Shown piece by piece: positions 1 to 13,499 of a DNA stretch of 64,000 nucleotides. The position numbers and the translations under genes were made by a program. This DNA is from Camelus dromedarius. Lineage: Eukaryota. Position 1 is the first letter of the stretch. The number at the start of each line of letters is the position of its first letter. Below the pieces are notes generated by a model. That model was not told where the DNA came from and did no database searches. It saw only the letters and a list, made by a program, of their open reading frames with translations. The DNA lies in contig NC_087436.1 in NCBI RefSeq assembly GCF_036321535.1, positions 47,804,001-47,868,000 on the forward strand. Direction: 5' to 3'.

Positions 1-1190
1 ACATTTTGACAACCAGTAGAAGAAACAAAGAGCAAAAGCCTTGAATGCCTAGATGGTATGTACCATTAGTCACTTCATCTGCTCAGCTCACGTATACGTT
101 ACTTCTCATTTTGTGAAGCTGCCATCACGTATAACACCAGCATATGTTTGCCATATGCTTTTTTATCCTTGAGTTTGTTGCCTGGATAGTACATACAGTC
201 CCTAACACAGAATGTATTTAAAATATGGTAAATGGGTCATCATTATAGTAATTCCAAACAAAGGGCAACAAAATACAACATTAAGAGATAGAAAAGAAGA
301 GATATTCTTTCACCAAATGAAAACCCAATTTCCCTTAAATTATTACACCTAGCTATATTTTGATATTTTCCATTGAGACACTTTGTTCCCTAAGATCAAG
401 ATTTCAGTTTAGCATTGCCCTGAAGATTTGTAGGAGATTATAAAAGACTCAAAATAGGAAATGTTTTATTTCTACTATGTACTTTTTCTGATACATTATA
501 AACACACAGGCCTCTCAGGGAAAAGTGAGCCTCTGTGGGCCTCAGTCTTTTTTTTCAGGAAATCAAACTTTAAGTGAGCCTGTATCAAAATCACGTGGAT
601 CCAATCACTATGGAAATATTTTTGTAACTGCTTCCTGTAGTTAGTGCAGAAGCATTGGTATTTTATATATATGCACCAAGGTTTTCCAAATTTGGCCTCT
701 TTTGGAACACAACACCAAGGGTCAAATCCAATAACCATGGATAGAGCAGAAATCTCTACACAGCAAAAGATCTCTGAGACTCGGCCAGTGGCTTCCTAAT
801 TTTAAACTATAGGAAAATCCAAATTTGTCCAAAATTTAACTTGTATTTAGGCAAACAATTTTTATAAGAAGCTTATTAAAAGGCTATCTGCCCTGGTTTG
901 ATGTTCAGCCTTACAGACTGAAAGCCTTGATGGAGGAAAGGAATGAAATAAGGTAATTAAGAGAAAGGTGGGGAAAATAGGAAAGTAAGTAAAGAGACAA
1001 GAGGTGAGACTTCTCACCAGCAAATGTCTCAAGTGTCAAATGAGAGTTTATCTAACCCTGGTCAGAGGGTCCGGCCAAAGGGAGACCCCAAACTAGAAGT
1101 AACTTATCGATAGAAGGAAGCCATAAAGATGTTCCGTCCAGCATACTTCGATATTTTCAATGAAAGAACTGCCCTTTAGACCCTTACTCT

Positions 1191-1247
1191 GTTTTTTGTT
1201 GTTGTCGTCGATGTTGTTGTTGTTGTTGTTATTGCTATTGTTGTTAT
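1191..1247. repeat. Imperfect (GTT)n microsatellite
   Basis: gttgttgtcgtcgatgttgttgttgttgttgttattgctattgttgtta; explains the poly-Asn run in ORF 1093..1320(-). Confidence 0.9.
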
Positions 1248-2084
1248 TTGGCAGGTTTTTTTCCACCTGCATCTGTACACAAAACATAAATAGCCCAGCC
1301 ACACAATAACATCTTGCCAATATATTTTATACATTTACTTGCTGTTATTTTGATTGGTGAACTTATTATTTTATGTTTTAGGGTTTTAAAAAGTGTTCAT
1401 ATGTTACAGGCTCCCAATTTCTTTTAAAACTGGGTTTTGTGTCACAGTAGCTCCAATGCTTACTTGTATGTGAACTTCATATCTTACAAATGGCATATCC
1501 TTAACTTAGTAGGTGATGCAGTTCTGTGGGCCTGTGGGTTAGTTGCCCCAAGACTGGTGCATTCCTTTACAGCTTTTCTTTTGATTCCAGGCCTTTTTCT
1601 TGTTTAGGAAACTTTACTATGTTTAAATATTCATAGGATACCAGGTCCCAGTAGGCATCTCTGTACTCTGCTAAAATTGCATTAAATTCTTTTGTAGTCA
1701 AGGGAGTACATTTACTAATTTACAGAAGTGAAATAACGAAAATGGTTTGCTCCTTCTGCAGATTACTAAACTGATGGCAAGGCTCTAATACTTTTTACCA
1801 TGCTTAAAGAACTTTTATATATCTTATCTCATTGGGTTTACTAAGGCAAAGAAATCAGTGCTCAAATGACCACTTTGGTAAATACAAACTCGAAGAGCCT
1901 AACAAAGAGGTAATCCATCCAGGCCACCAGGAGCCCGTTGAAGTTTCCTTCCCACTCTGAGTAGTTGTAGGCAGTATAATTTGATTTGAGATTACTGCAT
2001 CTCTTGTCTTCAGTTTTGTATGTAGCCTTTCATCCCTCCTTCAAACTCCTTTGAGGTGTATGTGAACACCTTCACAGCACTTTG

Positions 2085-2170
2085 ACATCTGAGACAACTC
2101 AGACTGACGTAGTGATTTCCCAGGTTTTATAGCTAGTAATTGGGGAGGCTGAGCTTAGACCTGCAGTCAT
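2085..2170 (-). mobile_element. MIR SINE fragment
   Basis: gtgatttcccaggttttatagctagtaattggggaggctgagcttagacc resembles the reverse-complemented MIR core. Confidence 0.5.
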
Positions 2171-2450
2171 AGAGAATTATTTCATGTTGAAATGGTTAAA
2201 AGTCCATTCACCTTTCCTTTAGCAATGAATGTCCATTCTCGTGACCACTAACACTCAGACCTGCAAGATTTTAGAAAAACACCATTCTCTACTCTGTTTC
2301 TTCTCTATCCATGTTATTTTACATGATGTGACTCAAACATTTCTTTATAGGTTTCCCACTTCTTTTTTTCAGGCCATTCATAAAAAATGAGTATGTAGGA
2401 AAATGATAAGACCTTAGGCATAATTGTGTCTATTTATAGTGTATCTATTG

Positions 2451-2848
2451 TGTGACAGACTGAATTGGTTGTTTAAAATATATGGTGCTTACAGGGACCC
2501 CTCCCGGGTTCCCCTGCCTTTGGGAGAAATATTCTCCCACGCAAATGACATCAGTGCTGGCTGTGTGACTAGTTTTAACAAATGGAGTATGAGCAGAATG
2601 GACACATCCCATATCTGAGCAGAAAGTTTCAGAGCCATTGCATGGCACTGCCATTGTCTGTTTCCTGTAGAAGAACATTTCCCAAATTGGGACCACATTT
2701 TCTGCCTGGATTTGAGAATAGTGACTTGGGTCCACAGCTAACTTGTAGCCAAAATGTCATGTGAGTGAGAAATAAACCTTTGTTGTAAGTCACCGATGTT
2801 TGAAGTTTGGTAATCACCATATAATATAGCAAATGATGACTAACCACA
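2451..2848 (+). mobile_element. ERVL-MaLR solo LTR (MLT1 family)
   Basis: TG...CA ends, MLT1-like ggctgtgtgactagttttaacaaatggagtatgagcagaa segment, and gtgagaaataaacctttgttgtaag polyA-signal region followed by ...gactaaccaca. Confidence 0.75.
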
Positions 2849-3067
2849 TATACTACATGTCATTGGGGTCACTGGTTTCACATACAAGGCTGTTGATACA
2901 TTTTCTGTGGGTAATTTTGACATAAATATATTTCTAAATTAATTGGAATTTGTTAGACCAGATATTGTGCCAAGAGCTAAAGTTATTCTTTTATATTGCT
3001 GTTCACTGATTTTTAATAGAATAAAGGACCATGAGTTGCTATTTTAATGTTATATATTTACTATTGC

Positions 3068-3275
3068 ATTACAGTTGATAAAACACTTTCATATACAGTA
3101 TCTCATATTATACTCACAACAATTCTGTGTAATAGATATTATAGTCTTCATTTTATAGAGGGACCATTGCCCACATTTAGAGAGATCTAACAGATTTTCT
3201 CCAAAGTCTGCATTAGTAAATGTGGAAAAGGAATAAAATATCAGGCTCCAATTCAACGCTTCTTCCCCTGCCCAC
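3068..3275 (-). mobile_element. MIR SINE
   Basis: ctttcatatacagtatctcatattatactcacaacaattctgtg...attatagtcttcattttatagag resembles the antisense MIR 3' half and core. Confidence 0.65.
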
Positions 3276-4620
3276 TGTTTCACAGCTGTCATCATCATGT
3301 GTGACTTTCCTGTACGATTAGTTTTCTCTTGATATTTTCTATAATTATTTAAGTTTGCAGATGAAATTTGTAAACATTATAGTTAAAACCACTTAATATT
3401 GACATAAATGGGAAATTTCTGAGGTCAAATTCTTTTTTCTACCTGAAAATCGACTGTAATAGCATCACAGAGGTTAGAATGAGACAATTATGTGGAGACA
3501 ATTATATTCCTTAGAAGCTGTCTACAAGACAGTGACTAAGATGCATGGACACTGAGAAATTAGGAAATATTATTATTTGTCTTGTTCTGCTTTTATGCTT
3601 ACCCATCTCTCCTTAGTTATGGTGACGAAAGCCACAGTAGTGAAATTTAGCAGGACTGAAACTTGGATCCTATCTGATTCGCTAGAGCTGAAGTGTATTG
3701 CTGCATCAGGTAGCAAGGACTTGACGCTGTTGTCATAGGTCGTATGTGATACTGCGGGAGCTGCTGGTAAATCAGAGTGAGCTCTACTCTACACTTCTAT
3801 AGCCAGTTTATTTTTGCTTTATAGGCTCTGATATAACAAAGTTCAGTGAAAATTTAAATTTTCTCTCTCTGTTTCATTCTTTCCTTTCTCTCTGTGTGTG
3901 CATGATTGTTGGTAAGTGAAGAGAACATAGGAGTAACTCTACCATGAAGGTGATACAGTCTTTCTTTTTGAGAAGTTAGTTGTGTGACCTACAAGTTGAC
4001 AAGCATAATAAATGTTCATACTTTTAAAAAGTGCACCTTTCTTCCTCCTACATAAAGATCTATGTACATACGTTTGTGTGCATGTTTCTAAAATTGACCC
4101 TGTATTACTTTAAGTTTGTCTTGATGGTGTTGTTGCTGCATGTAGTTTTATACACAAATGTTATTTATAATATATTTGTAAAATTTAATGATCTCAAACA
4201 AACATTACAATGTTACCAAAACTGTTTTAAATGTGGTAAACATTTCTTAACCAGGTTAAAAATTAACTAAAGATATTTTCATCAGTTTATTTGTTATCAT
4301 AGAAATTCCTCAGACTCAATATTCATAGTAGGGCAGAAAGATCACAATGGCAACATAAGGTAAATATGTTGGAAAATGAGAGGCTGTGAACAATTAGCAT
4401 ATATTAGTGTGCTATGTCCAAACATCCTGTTATTAAGCATTTCTTCTGAGTGACTGAATACTTACACTAAGAAATACTTAGAGTATAAAATAAGCAGTTT
4501 ATAAGGAAGGCACAAGCTAAGAGCTTTGATGTGTTGCTCCTGGGGTGATGGGGAATCATTTGTTTAGGTAAACTCCACTGTATTTCATGTTGAGATAGTA
4601 AAAAAAAATCATATATGAGC

Positions 4621-4850
4621 TTTTTTTTATTGTAGTATAGTCAGTTTACAATATTGTATCAATTTCTGGTGTACAGCATAATGTTTCAGTCATATATATA
4701 CATACATATTTCATTTTCATATTCTTTTTTACTATAGGTTACTACAAGATACTGAATACAGTTCCCTGTGCTATACAGAAGAAACTTGCTGTTTATCTGT
4801 TTTATATATCTTAGTTAGTAGCTGCAAATTTCAAACTCACAATCTATCCC
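4621..4850 (-). mobile_element. 5'-truncated lineage-specific (camelid-type) L1 3' end
   Basis: Poly-T head, then tattgtagtatagtcagtttacaa...gttccctgtgctatacag; homologous to copies at 18325, 31345 and 32545 in this window. Confidence 0.85.
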
Positions 4851-5939
4851 TGAATGATTGTTTCCTTTGTGAATGAAAGCATCAGTAGACTGTAGCCTTA
4901 GGTTTCAGAACCATTCATTTTAGTTCTAGGAATATGTTTCATCTACCAGGAAGGGCTTTTATCTTCCACTAAAGGAAAACATCACATGGCACAGCATGAG
5001 CAGTAGAAGGAATTACACATGACATGCAGATGCTCGGGGCTTGTGCAGTGCAGGGATGGAGAGGCTACATGAAACTGGGAGGATGGATACAAACAAAATA
5101 AAATTTTAGAGTTAGTTTTCCATTTGGAAATTCTAAGATTTTTGATCTTGCAGGAATTATAAAATTCAAACCATTATACTTCCCTGAGTTCTGCTTTTAC
5201 TTTCCTAATAACAAATATTTGTCTTATAATATTAAACATTGTCTCTTTCAACTTCAAATCATGCACATAGGTTTTCCTTGTACAAAATACTATAAATACA
5301 ATTTCAAGTCAACTTGCTTTATTTTGCTGCCTGATTGATTTTAAATACATAGTTCATGTTTCTGAATGTTTGGACAATCTTATTAAGGCTTTATGATTAT
5401 TGTTGTACATTCATGTAGTTAGGCAATAATTAAACTTTTTTTGTCTACCTTCTATCCCGTGTACTAGGCTGTAAGAAGAAAAGAGATTGATCTACCTGTA
5501 GTGATATTGACAATAGAAAGGTGAGAAGGAGTAAGCCTGAGAATTCAGTGTTCCAACTGGCAGACTAGTACAGTACTCTGTTTCTAGCACGTCTTTTCCA
5601 TGCTGATTCTGAAAGAGAGGAAAAAGTAACATTTAACATGACTTGTCTGGCCTCTGTAAACATGCAGTGCAGGTAACTGAGAGAAATTTCTGAGCGAGGC
5701 TGGTTTTCCTGTTATATAATGTTACTATAATTCTGAAATCTAAGAAAGATAAATTGCAAGGGAAGAGATTTCTTATTTACTGGGACCCTCTTCTTTTACC
5801 ATCAAAAAAATAAAAATAATCACAAATTAAAGTTTTATGGCATTATCCATAATTTTTACTTTTATGGAAATTGCAATTAACCTAAGTAAGAATAAGTTAC
5901 GATAATAGATAAAAATAGAAATATCTGATTTAAAATTTA

Positions 5940-8220
5940 TTAGAGTTTATTTTTTTAAGTTTGCAATTTACACAAAATTAAAAAATATTTAGTTCAGAGT
6001 GCTCACATATCCCTTCTCTCAGTTTCCCCTGTTATTAATATCTTAAATTCTATATCTGTCTGGTATAGTTAAAATCAATGAGTCAGTATTGATATATTAT
6101 TATCTAAGTTTAAGTTTATTCAGATTTCCTTAGTTTTTACCTATGTCTTTTTCTGTATCAGGATCCCATCCAGGATCCCATATTACATTTACTTGTCATG
6201 GCTCTTAGGCTCCTCTTGGCCATGACAGTTTCTCGGATTTTTCTTATTTTTCATGACCCAACAGTTTTGAGGAGTTCCAATCAGGGATTTTGTAGGATGC
6301 CCCTCAACTAGAATTTATCTGATGTTTTTTTTTCTCATGATTGGACTGGGGTTGTGAGTTTAGGGGGAAGATGGCAGAGGAAAGTACTATTTTCATCACA
6401 TCATGTCAAGGGTACATACAGTCATGATTTATCACTGTTGATATTACCCATGCACCTGGCTGAGGTAGTGTTAGCTTTTTCCACCGTGATGTGACATTTT
6501 TCTCTTTTTTATGTTATAGGCTTTGGAAGGAAGTTAGTGTGTGCAATCCACACTTAGGGAGTGAGGTACTTACATAAATTATTTGGGATTCTTCTGAATA
6601 GAGATCTGCTGTTTCACCCACATTTATGTGTTTGATTATTTATTTTGGTATGTGCTCATGGATATTTATGTTATACTTTGGATTATAGTACAATACCACT
6701 TCATTTCTTTTGTTACTCAGAATGTCCCAGCTTTGGCCACTGGAATCTCTTTTGTTTGGCTTCCATCCCTTTGAGAAATGCACAATCAATGTAGTTTTCT
6801 TTTGGGGGAACACTTCCTTAATTTCTAGTACTACAAAATACTTCAGGATTATCTTATGTCAATTAGATCCAGTTAATTAATACACTCACTCAGTTCATCT
6901 GTATCCTCACTGATTTTCTGCCTGCTTTGTTTATTGTTTATTGAAAGAAGAATGTTCAAGTCTCCAGCAGTAACAGTGGATTTGTCTGTTTCTCTTTTCA
7001 GTTCTGTTAGTTTTTGCTTGGTGTATTTTGATGCTCTGTTGTTAGATACGTACATGCTAAAGATTCTTAAATCTTCTTGGAGAATGGACCCCTTTTTCAT
7101 TATGTAACATACCTCTTTACCCCTGATAACTTTCCTTGTTCTGTAGTCAGCTTTAACTTATTTTAATATTTCTGGCAGAGCAAGTATGTTTGCAAGGAAT
7201 TCCCTCCGTTTTGTTTATCTGAGAAAATCTTTCTCTTCCACTTTTGTAGTATAAATTTCCCTGAACATTCTAGGTTGGCTTTTTTTTCCCCCAGCACTTT
7301 ATATATTTCATTTCATTCTCTTTTTGCTTGCATGGCTTTTTAAATGAAAAATCCACTGTAATTCTTATCTATTCTCCTGTATATGTAAGAGAATTTTTTC
7401 CTTTCTGGCCTTTTTCAAGAGTTTGTCTTTGGTTTTCTGCAGTTTGAATGTAACATGTCTTGATATAACCAATGGCTATGGAAGCTTCACTTTCCACAAA
7501 TGTCTTTGGTTTTTCTGTCTTCTGTTGTTGGGTTTCCCTAAGAACTCTTTCTTAAATAGACTTTGAGCTTTGTAGCTCTTTAAACCGTAATCCACTGTTA
7601 CTATACTGGAGCTCTCTTGATGTGGTGGTAAGAAGTTGGGAGGGGGGGAAGTGTTCTATAATTTTATGATTAATTTTTAGTCATTTACTAGGCCTGTGTC
7701 CTTGAACTGTGATCTTCACGAGTTTTTATCTTTCCCCCCTTTTTCAAGTCAGGAAAGCTAAAAGAGGCTAGATTTGGGTAACTGTCCTTGAGTTTATGAG
7801 AGATAAAGCTCTGGTAAAGTCTTTTTCTTGGCTCATTACCATGAAAACATAGTGGGGTTCTTGGAGGTAAAGCCCAGGTAAGGGTTCACCCAGCCCCACC
7901 AAGACTGTAAGCTCTAGGATTTTCTCATTCTCAAGGTAGTCAACACTCTGCTTCAAGCAATTCATCACATAAAAAGTTTTTCCTACCAGCCTGTGGGTCC
8001 AATGGCTTTTGCTTTAGCAGAGTTGATCTCAGCTGTGTTTCTTTATATTTTGTGTGTTTCTCAACTGTGGGGGGAGGGTGTAGAGATCTGCCATGTGGTA
8101 TCAATTCTCTTATATGTCCAGGAAAAGTCATTGATTTTCATTTTGTTCAGGTTTTTTTTTTTTTTCTGGGTGGGAGTGGTCACTTGCAAGCTGAAGTAAT
8201 GTCAGAGCTGAAACTAAAGC
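5940..8220 (-). mobile_element. Old L1 (L1MC/L1MD-type), internally collapsed: 3' UTR, ORF2 endonuclease segment, ORF1 remnant, 5' UTR-like part
   Basis: 5940-6860 aligns by eye with the L1 3' UTR at 48843-49800. ORF 6873..7100(-) (KGSILQEDLRIFSMYVSNNRASKYTKQKLTELKRETDKSTVTAGDLN) is an L1 APE endonuclease segment. 7170-7470 is ORF1-like. Confidence 0.75.
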
Positions 8221-8419
8221 CAGTATTTACATTTTTGATAAATAAAAATTGCTGAGTTTTTCAATTCAAGATTCATTTTTCTTATGAAAAATAATCCTCC
8301 TCACTATTGATAGCTTAGAGATAAAAGTTACAAAATCCAAGAGGAAATTCACTGCCAAGAGAGAAAAGGCGCACACACAATTAATGGGAGTATGTGTACT
8401 TGAGGAACTAGAGTAACAG

Positions 8420-9140
8420 GAATCCATTCTGAAAGGGACTTTAAAGCAAGCATATTTAAAAGTTTAGAGGATAAAAGGACTTCAATAAAATTCATAAGAA
8501 AAGTACAAGACTATATGATAAAATGATCAAAAAGATTTTTTAAAAGTATCAAATGTAATTTTTATAACTAAAAATACAGGCTTGAAATAATAATAAAAAC
8601 TCAATGGATGAATTAAAGCATTGATTGGATATAGGTAATGAGGGAATTAGAAGATAAATCTGAAGAAGCCATTCAGAATGCAGCTCAGAGATTTTTTTAA
8701 AGAAGACAAATTATGATTTAAGGAAGAAAAAATGAGAAACTCTAATATGTGTCTAAAAGGAGTCCCAGAAGGAGAAAATGGAAAGAATGGGAGAGAGGAA
8801 AAGTTCCTGATGTTATGGTTCCAAGTTTTTAAGAATCGCAAAAATATTATGAATCCTCTGATTGTAAAAGCCTGTCAGGTCCTTAGTAAGATAAATAAAT
8901 GCAATTCCATTCCTTAAAAATATCACAGAGAAACTGCAGAACATTTGGGTAGAGAATAAGAGGAAAGTTTTAAAGGCTACTGGAGAGTGAAGACAGATTA
9001 CATATAAATAAATAGCAATCACAGTGGCAGAAGATTTCTTAGAAACATCAATAGATTTCAGAAGACACAGAACTAGTATCTTTAAAGTACTGAGGGGAAT
9101 ACCTGTTTATTTAGATTTAGATACCTTTACTGTACAACTA
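8420..9140 (+). mobile_element. Degenerate L1 ORF1 / HAL1-like fragment
   Basis: ORF 8732..8917 RNSNMCLKGVPEGENGKNGREE resembles the ORF1p motif R-x-N-I-x-I-I-G-V-P-E-G-E-E; A-rich flanks. Confidence 0.65.
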
Positions 9141-10210
9141 TCAACAAAATAAAAAGATAACCTATCGAGTGGGAGAAAATATTTGCAAATTATATATCTG
9201 ATAAGGGGTTAATATCCAAAGTATATAAAGAACTCAGACAATTCAATAGAAAAAAAATTCAATTAAAAACTGGGCAGGGGAACAGACATTTTTCCAGAGG
9301 ACATGCAAAGGGCCAACGGGGTACATACTTAACATCACTAACCATCAGGGGAATGCAAAGCAAAACTGTAGTGAGATATCACCTCACAACTGTTAGAATG
9401 GCTATTATCAAAAGACAAGAGGTAACAAGGGTTGGCAAAGGTGTGGAGAAAAGGGAATGCTTGTCCACTGTTGATGGGAATGTCAATTACTGCAATCAGT
9501 ATGGAAAACAGTATGGAAGTTGCTCAAAAAATTAAAAATAAAACTACCATATGATCCAGCAGTTCCACTTCTGGGTATGCATCCAAAGAATGTTCACTGC
9601 AGCAATATTTACAATAGGGAAGACATGGAAACAAACAACCTAATCATCAATGGATGAATGGGTAAATAAAATGTTTTATACACACACAGAGAGGAATATT
9701 ACTTGGCCACAAAAAGAAGGAAATCCTGCCATTTGTGACAATGTAGAGGGAACTTAAGGGTATTTTGCTCAGTGAACTAAGTCAGACAGAAAAAGATAAA
9801 TACTGTATGATCTCACTTACATGTGAAACCTAAAAACCCCAAACTCATAGATATAGAGAACAGATTGGTGGTTGCCAGAGGCTGGCAGGAGGAAGGGGTG
9901 GGTTGGTGAAATGGGTGAAGGTGGTCAAAAGGTACAAACTTGGAGCTATAAATAACTCCTTGGAGATGTAATATACAGCATGGTGACTGTAGTTAACAGC
10001 AGTGTATTGTATATTTGAAAATTGTGAAGAGAGTAAATCTTAAAAAGTTCTCATTACAAGGAAAAAAACCTTGTAACTATGAGTGGTGATGGATGTTAAC
10101 TAAACTTATTGTGGTACCCATTTTGCAGTATATGCATACATCAAGTCATTATGTTGTACACTTAAAACTAATACAAAATATATGTAAATTATACTTCATG
10201 TTTAAAAAAA
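9140..10210 (+). mobile_element. 5'-truncated L1 (L1MA9-like): ORF2 C-terminus and 3' UTR
   Basis: ORF 9353..9535 (MQSKTVVRYHLTTVRMAIIKRQ...VGKGVEKRE) is the ORF2p C-terminal region; typical 3' UTR ending in an A-run at 10204-10210. Confidence 0.85.
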
Positions 10211-11842
10211 GATTCCACATATAGAGAAATCATACAAAAAAGATAAAAACTTTTCACATCTTTCAAAATTTTTGTACCCTTTCGATATCTGTTAGGAAGA
10301 TGTGTAATAATTTAAAAGTGACTCCATACACAGTGACACTTAAAACTAAAATTGTATCATATTAAACACAACTGTACCTACATGTATTTGAAAGATGATG
10401 TATAAGTCCTTCTCTATAATATATAATATGTCATATGCATAATGTGTAATATGTAATATGTGTTTAACATATACTAAGATGCATTTCATAGTCAGTCAAC
10501 GGCTAAAGCTTAGTACTTGAACATAATCATGGACCATTTGCCACAATATTTTTAAAAACTGTAACTCTCATGGCTCTGTTTTGAAGTTTGTTTCTTACAG
10601 TCCTAGAGGTGTGTGATTTTATACTGAGTTTCAGCTATATTGGTCAACATACCTTCGAATTATATTATTTTCCAGCCTTTGTGCACTCTAACAGATGTGC
10701 CTGGTTCCCAGCTGCTGTGATTCGCTCTGATGGAGATTTGAGCTGCTGTGAGAGCCAGGGTAGTACTCTTGGAATGCAGGACTTAGATTGGATCTCAGTG
10801 CAGTGTACATGCAGTTGGCTGAGGATCAGAGTTTTGGCTGTGTGAATAGCTCTGCGTCCTCTGAGAGTAATTCTAATTTCAGGTATCTTAGATGTTGGAG
10901 GATATTGCTAAAATATGTTTTATTCCTTAAAAACACTCAGATTTCTTCTCTCCCCACTCCCTCACTTTCTCAATCTAATAAATCCCAAAGGAACCTTAAA
11001 AGTAAAATACATTTTCAAAACAAAATGTTTTCTCTTAATCATAGGAGAAGCAGCTGTTTGTTACTGGGTCATTCAGTCAGAATTTATCCATTATATGTGT
11101 TTGGAGAGGGTACAAGTAATGGATGTGCTATACTTTCAACCACGCCTTTGTTTACTCTGAGAGTGAAGAAAATAGTGTGATTTCCTTAGTCATTTACTAG
11201 CCCAGGAACACCCTTCGTGATTACAGATCCTTGCCCAGCCATCAGCTTCTTCTCATGCACTGGGAATGCAGTTTCCTAAGGAGCAACTTTCAGGAATATG
11301 TGTGCTATTCTTTTAGGTCTTGGTTTCTTATCTTTGAATCTCCAAACAGTATTTAGAAATCCAAGGCATGTCAGCTCTTTTCAGCTCATTCATTCAACAA
11401 ATTCAGTTGATCTCTCTGCCAGGCAGTGATAGTTGGTGGGGATTCCCTGATGAGTATGAGAGAAACAGTCCACAGCCACGCAACATGAAGCCCTCAATGC
11501 CCTTGATACCAGATTCTTGGCTTCAGTGGAAAAACTTACTTCTCTTTTAAAAATATCAGAGGTCACTCTCTCTCAAGTTGTGAGCCAGATTCCTCACACA
11601 GAGCAGCAGTCACTGCCCTCATCAGGGCTCAGCCTGATCTTTCTGAAGGACTTTCTGTTACAGTTTGCTGGGCTGTATCTATGTAGCTGGTGGCAGACTG
11701 GTTCTTAAGTATGGATCCAAGAGCATCATTTTTCTAAACAGATGAGTCAGTGATGCCTCTTAGCACTCACACAGCATTGTGACCAACAGAAGACCAGAAG
11801 TATCAGTTGCTCTGCTTTGGTTAAAGTGTAGATAGGCATTTT

Positions 11843-12050
11843 TGCAGTGCAGCTTAGTGGAAAGAGCTTGGACATTAGAGCTTTTTCTAATTCTGGCATA
11901 GAGCTCTATGAGCTTAGACAAGATTCTTTTTTGTCCTCCGTTTCTTCATATGCCAAATGGGAATAATATTACCTGGCTTATATGGCTGAGTATTTATTCA
12001 GAAATAGTATAACACAGCAGTAGTGAATAATAAGTATTATATATAAATAT
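11843..12050 (+). mobile_element. MIR SINE
   Basis: cttagtggaaagagc head and cctccgtttcttcatatgccaaatgggaataatattacc core. Confidence 0.7.
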
Positions 12051-13499
12051 GTACATTTTATCTTACAAGATGACATATGGAATCAATATCGATTAACTAT
12101 GACACAACTCTGCTTGCCTAGGATGTGCTCCTGTTTCTCTACCAAATAGCAATTTGTCCAGCAGTCTCTCTAAACTGTGCTGTGTGTGGGTATGTGTGCA
12201 TGTGCGTGTCTGTAAAATACATTTACATGCAGTTTTCTAAACAAAGATTGGTAGGAAAAATAAAGAAATCCAGGGTGTTCAGAGGCACAACTTTAGAAAA
12301 TAGCACTTAAGAGGTTTGAAAGAATTTCCCTGAATATGTAATGTATTGTCTGTTAAGGGAAAAGGGAGATAACTTAGCAAAAGAGGAGGCTTTATCATTG
12401 TATTAGACTTTCATTCCACCTCTTTTTTCTTTCGCATGACGTTGGGATTATTTAACACCATTTACCCTCTGATCTGCTCCACTAACAGAACATGGTGCCA
12501 GTCTATCCTCTTCCGTGCAAATAAGTGCAGAATACCCACAGTATTTAGCTTAAGCTGGTCTCCTAATACTTAATATGAAAACCACTGCACTTAGTTACCA
12601 AACCTTAGCTTTCCTTTTCCTTAAACATGTATAATTTTTTAAACCCATTTCAGACCTGAGAGACACCTAGGTTTTTATATCTATTACTGGCTTTTGTCCA
12701 AATGTCATGTAAGGAATTTATTAATATTACTATAATACTTCAGAGGACTGTGGAATGTACATTCTAGGCAAATTTTTTAGGCTCTGTGGGGGAGGAAGGG
12801 AAAGAGCAGAGATGATGGTGGGATGGAATTCTCTTCTCTGCGGGAGGGAGGAAGAGAATTTTCTTTATGCCACTCTCATGCTGAGGCTCTCCACTGCGGT
12901 GCCAGTGGCATCCTAACACAATAGTAAATCCTTGGTTCCTACATGGGCTACTCATGCCTTTTCAATAACCCAGAAGGAATTCAATAAGAATTTTAAAAAT
13001 GTATTGGTGACAATTGGAAAAGTAGAGACTAATATATTTTATAAATGTAAATTTCTGAGCAAGCCAGTACTATTGTGGTAAAATTAAAATATTTCATACT
13101 TCAGTGTTAATAATTTATTTGAAAGTATTTTTGTGTTTGTTGCAGGCGTTTTGGAATATTATTTATTATTCACTATAGATTTAATATAAGTTTTATTTAA
13201 TCTTTTTAAAGTTCATAAAGGAATGGGAAAACTGACACAGGTTAACCAAAGACATTGAGAGGAGTTACTGTTTTTCATGAGAATTTGCTCCATCACTTAG
13301 CTATTTAAAAACATTTCTTTAGCTTAATCACTAAATTCAAAGTCCTTGCTTAGTCCGTTCTCTTTGACCTATTTCCAGCATTTGTTGGAGTTTTCCTCCC
13401 GTTTCTTATAGAAACCTCACTCTTCCTTGGGCTTCTGTAACATGTTCCTCTCTAGATGTGCTGATTATTTTCCTATTGTCTCTCAACTCTAAGAAGCCC

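Noticed and set aside
1093..1320. Poly-Asn ORF
   Set aside because: Translation of the (GTT)n microsatellite.
10788..11180. 130-aa ORF (also 18029..18391, 30627..30995, 36790..37146)
   Set aside because: Mostly non-ATG starts, no recognisable domain, and lengths compatible with chance in 64 kb across six frames; some overlap repeats.
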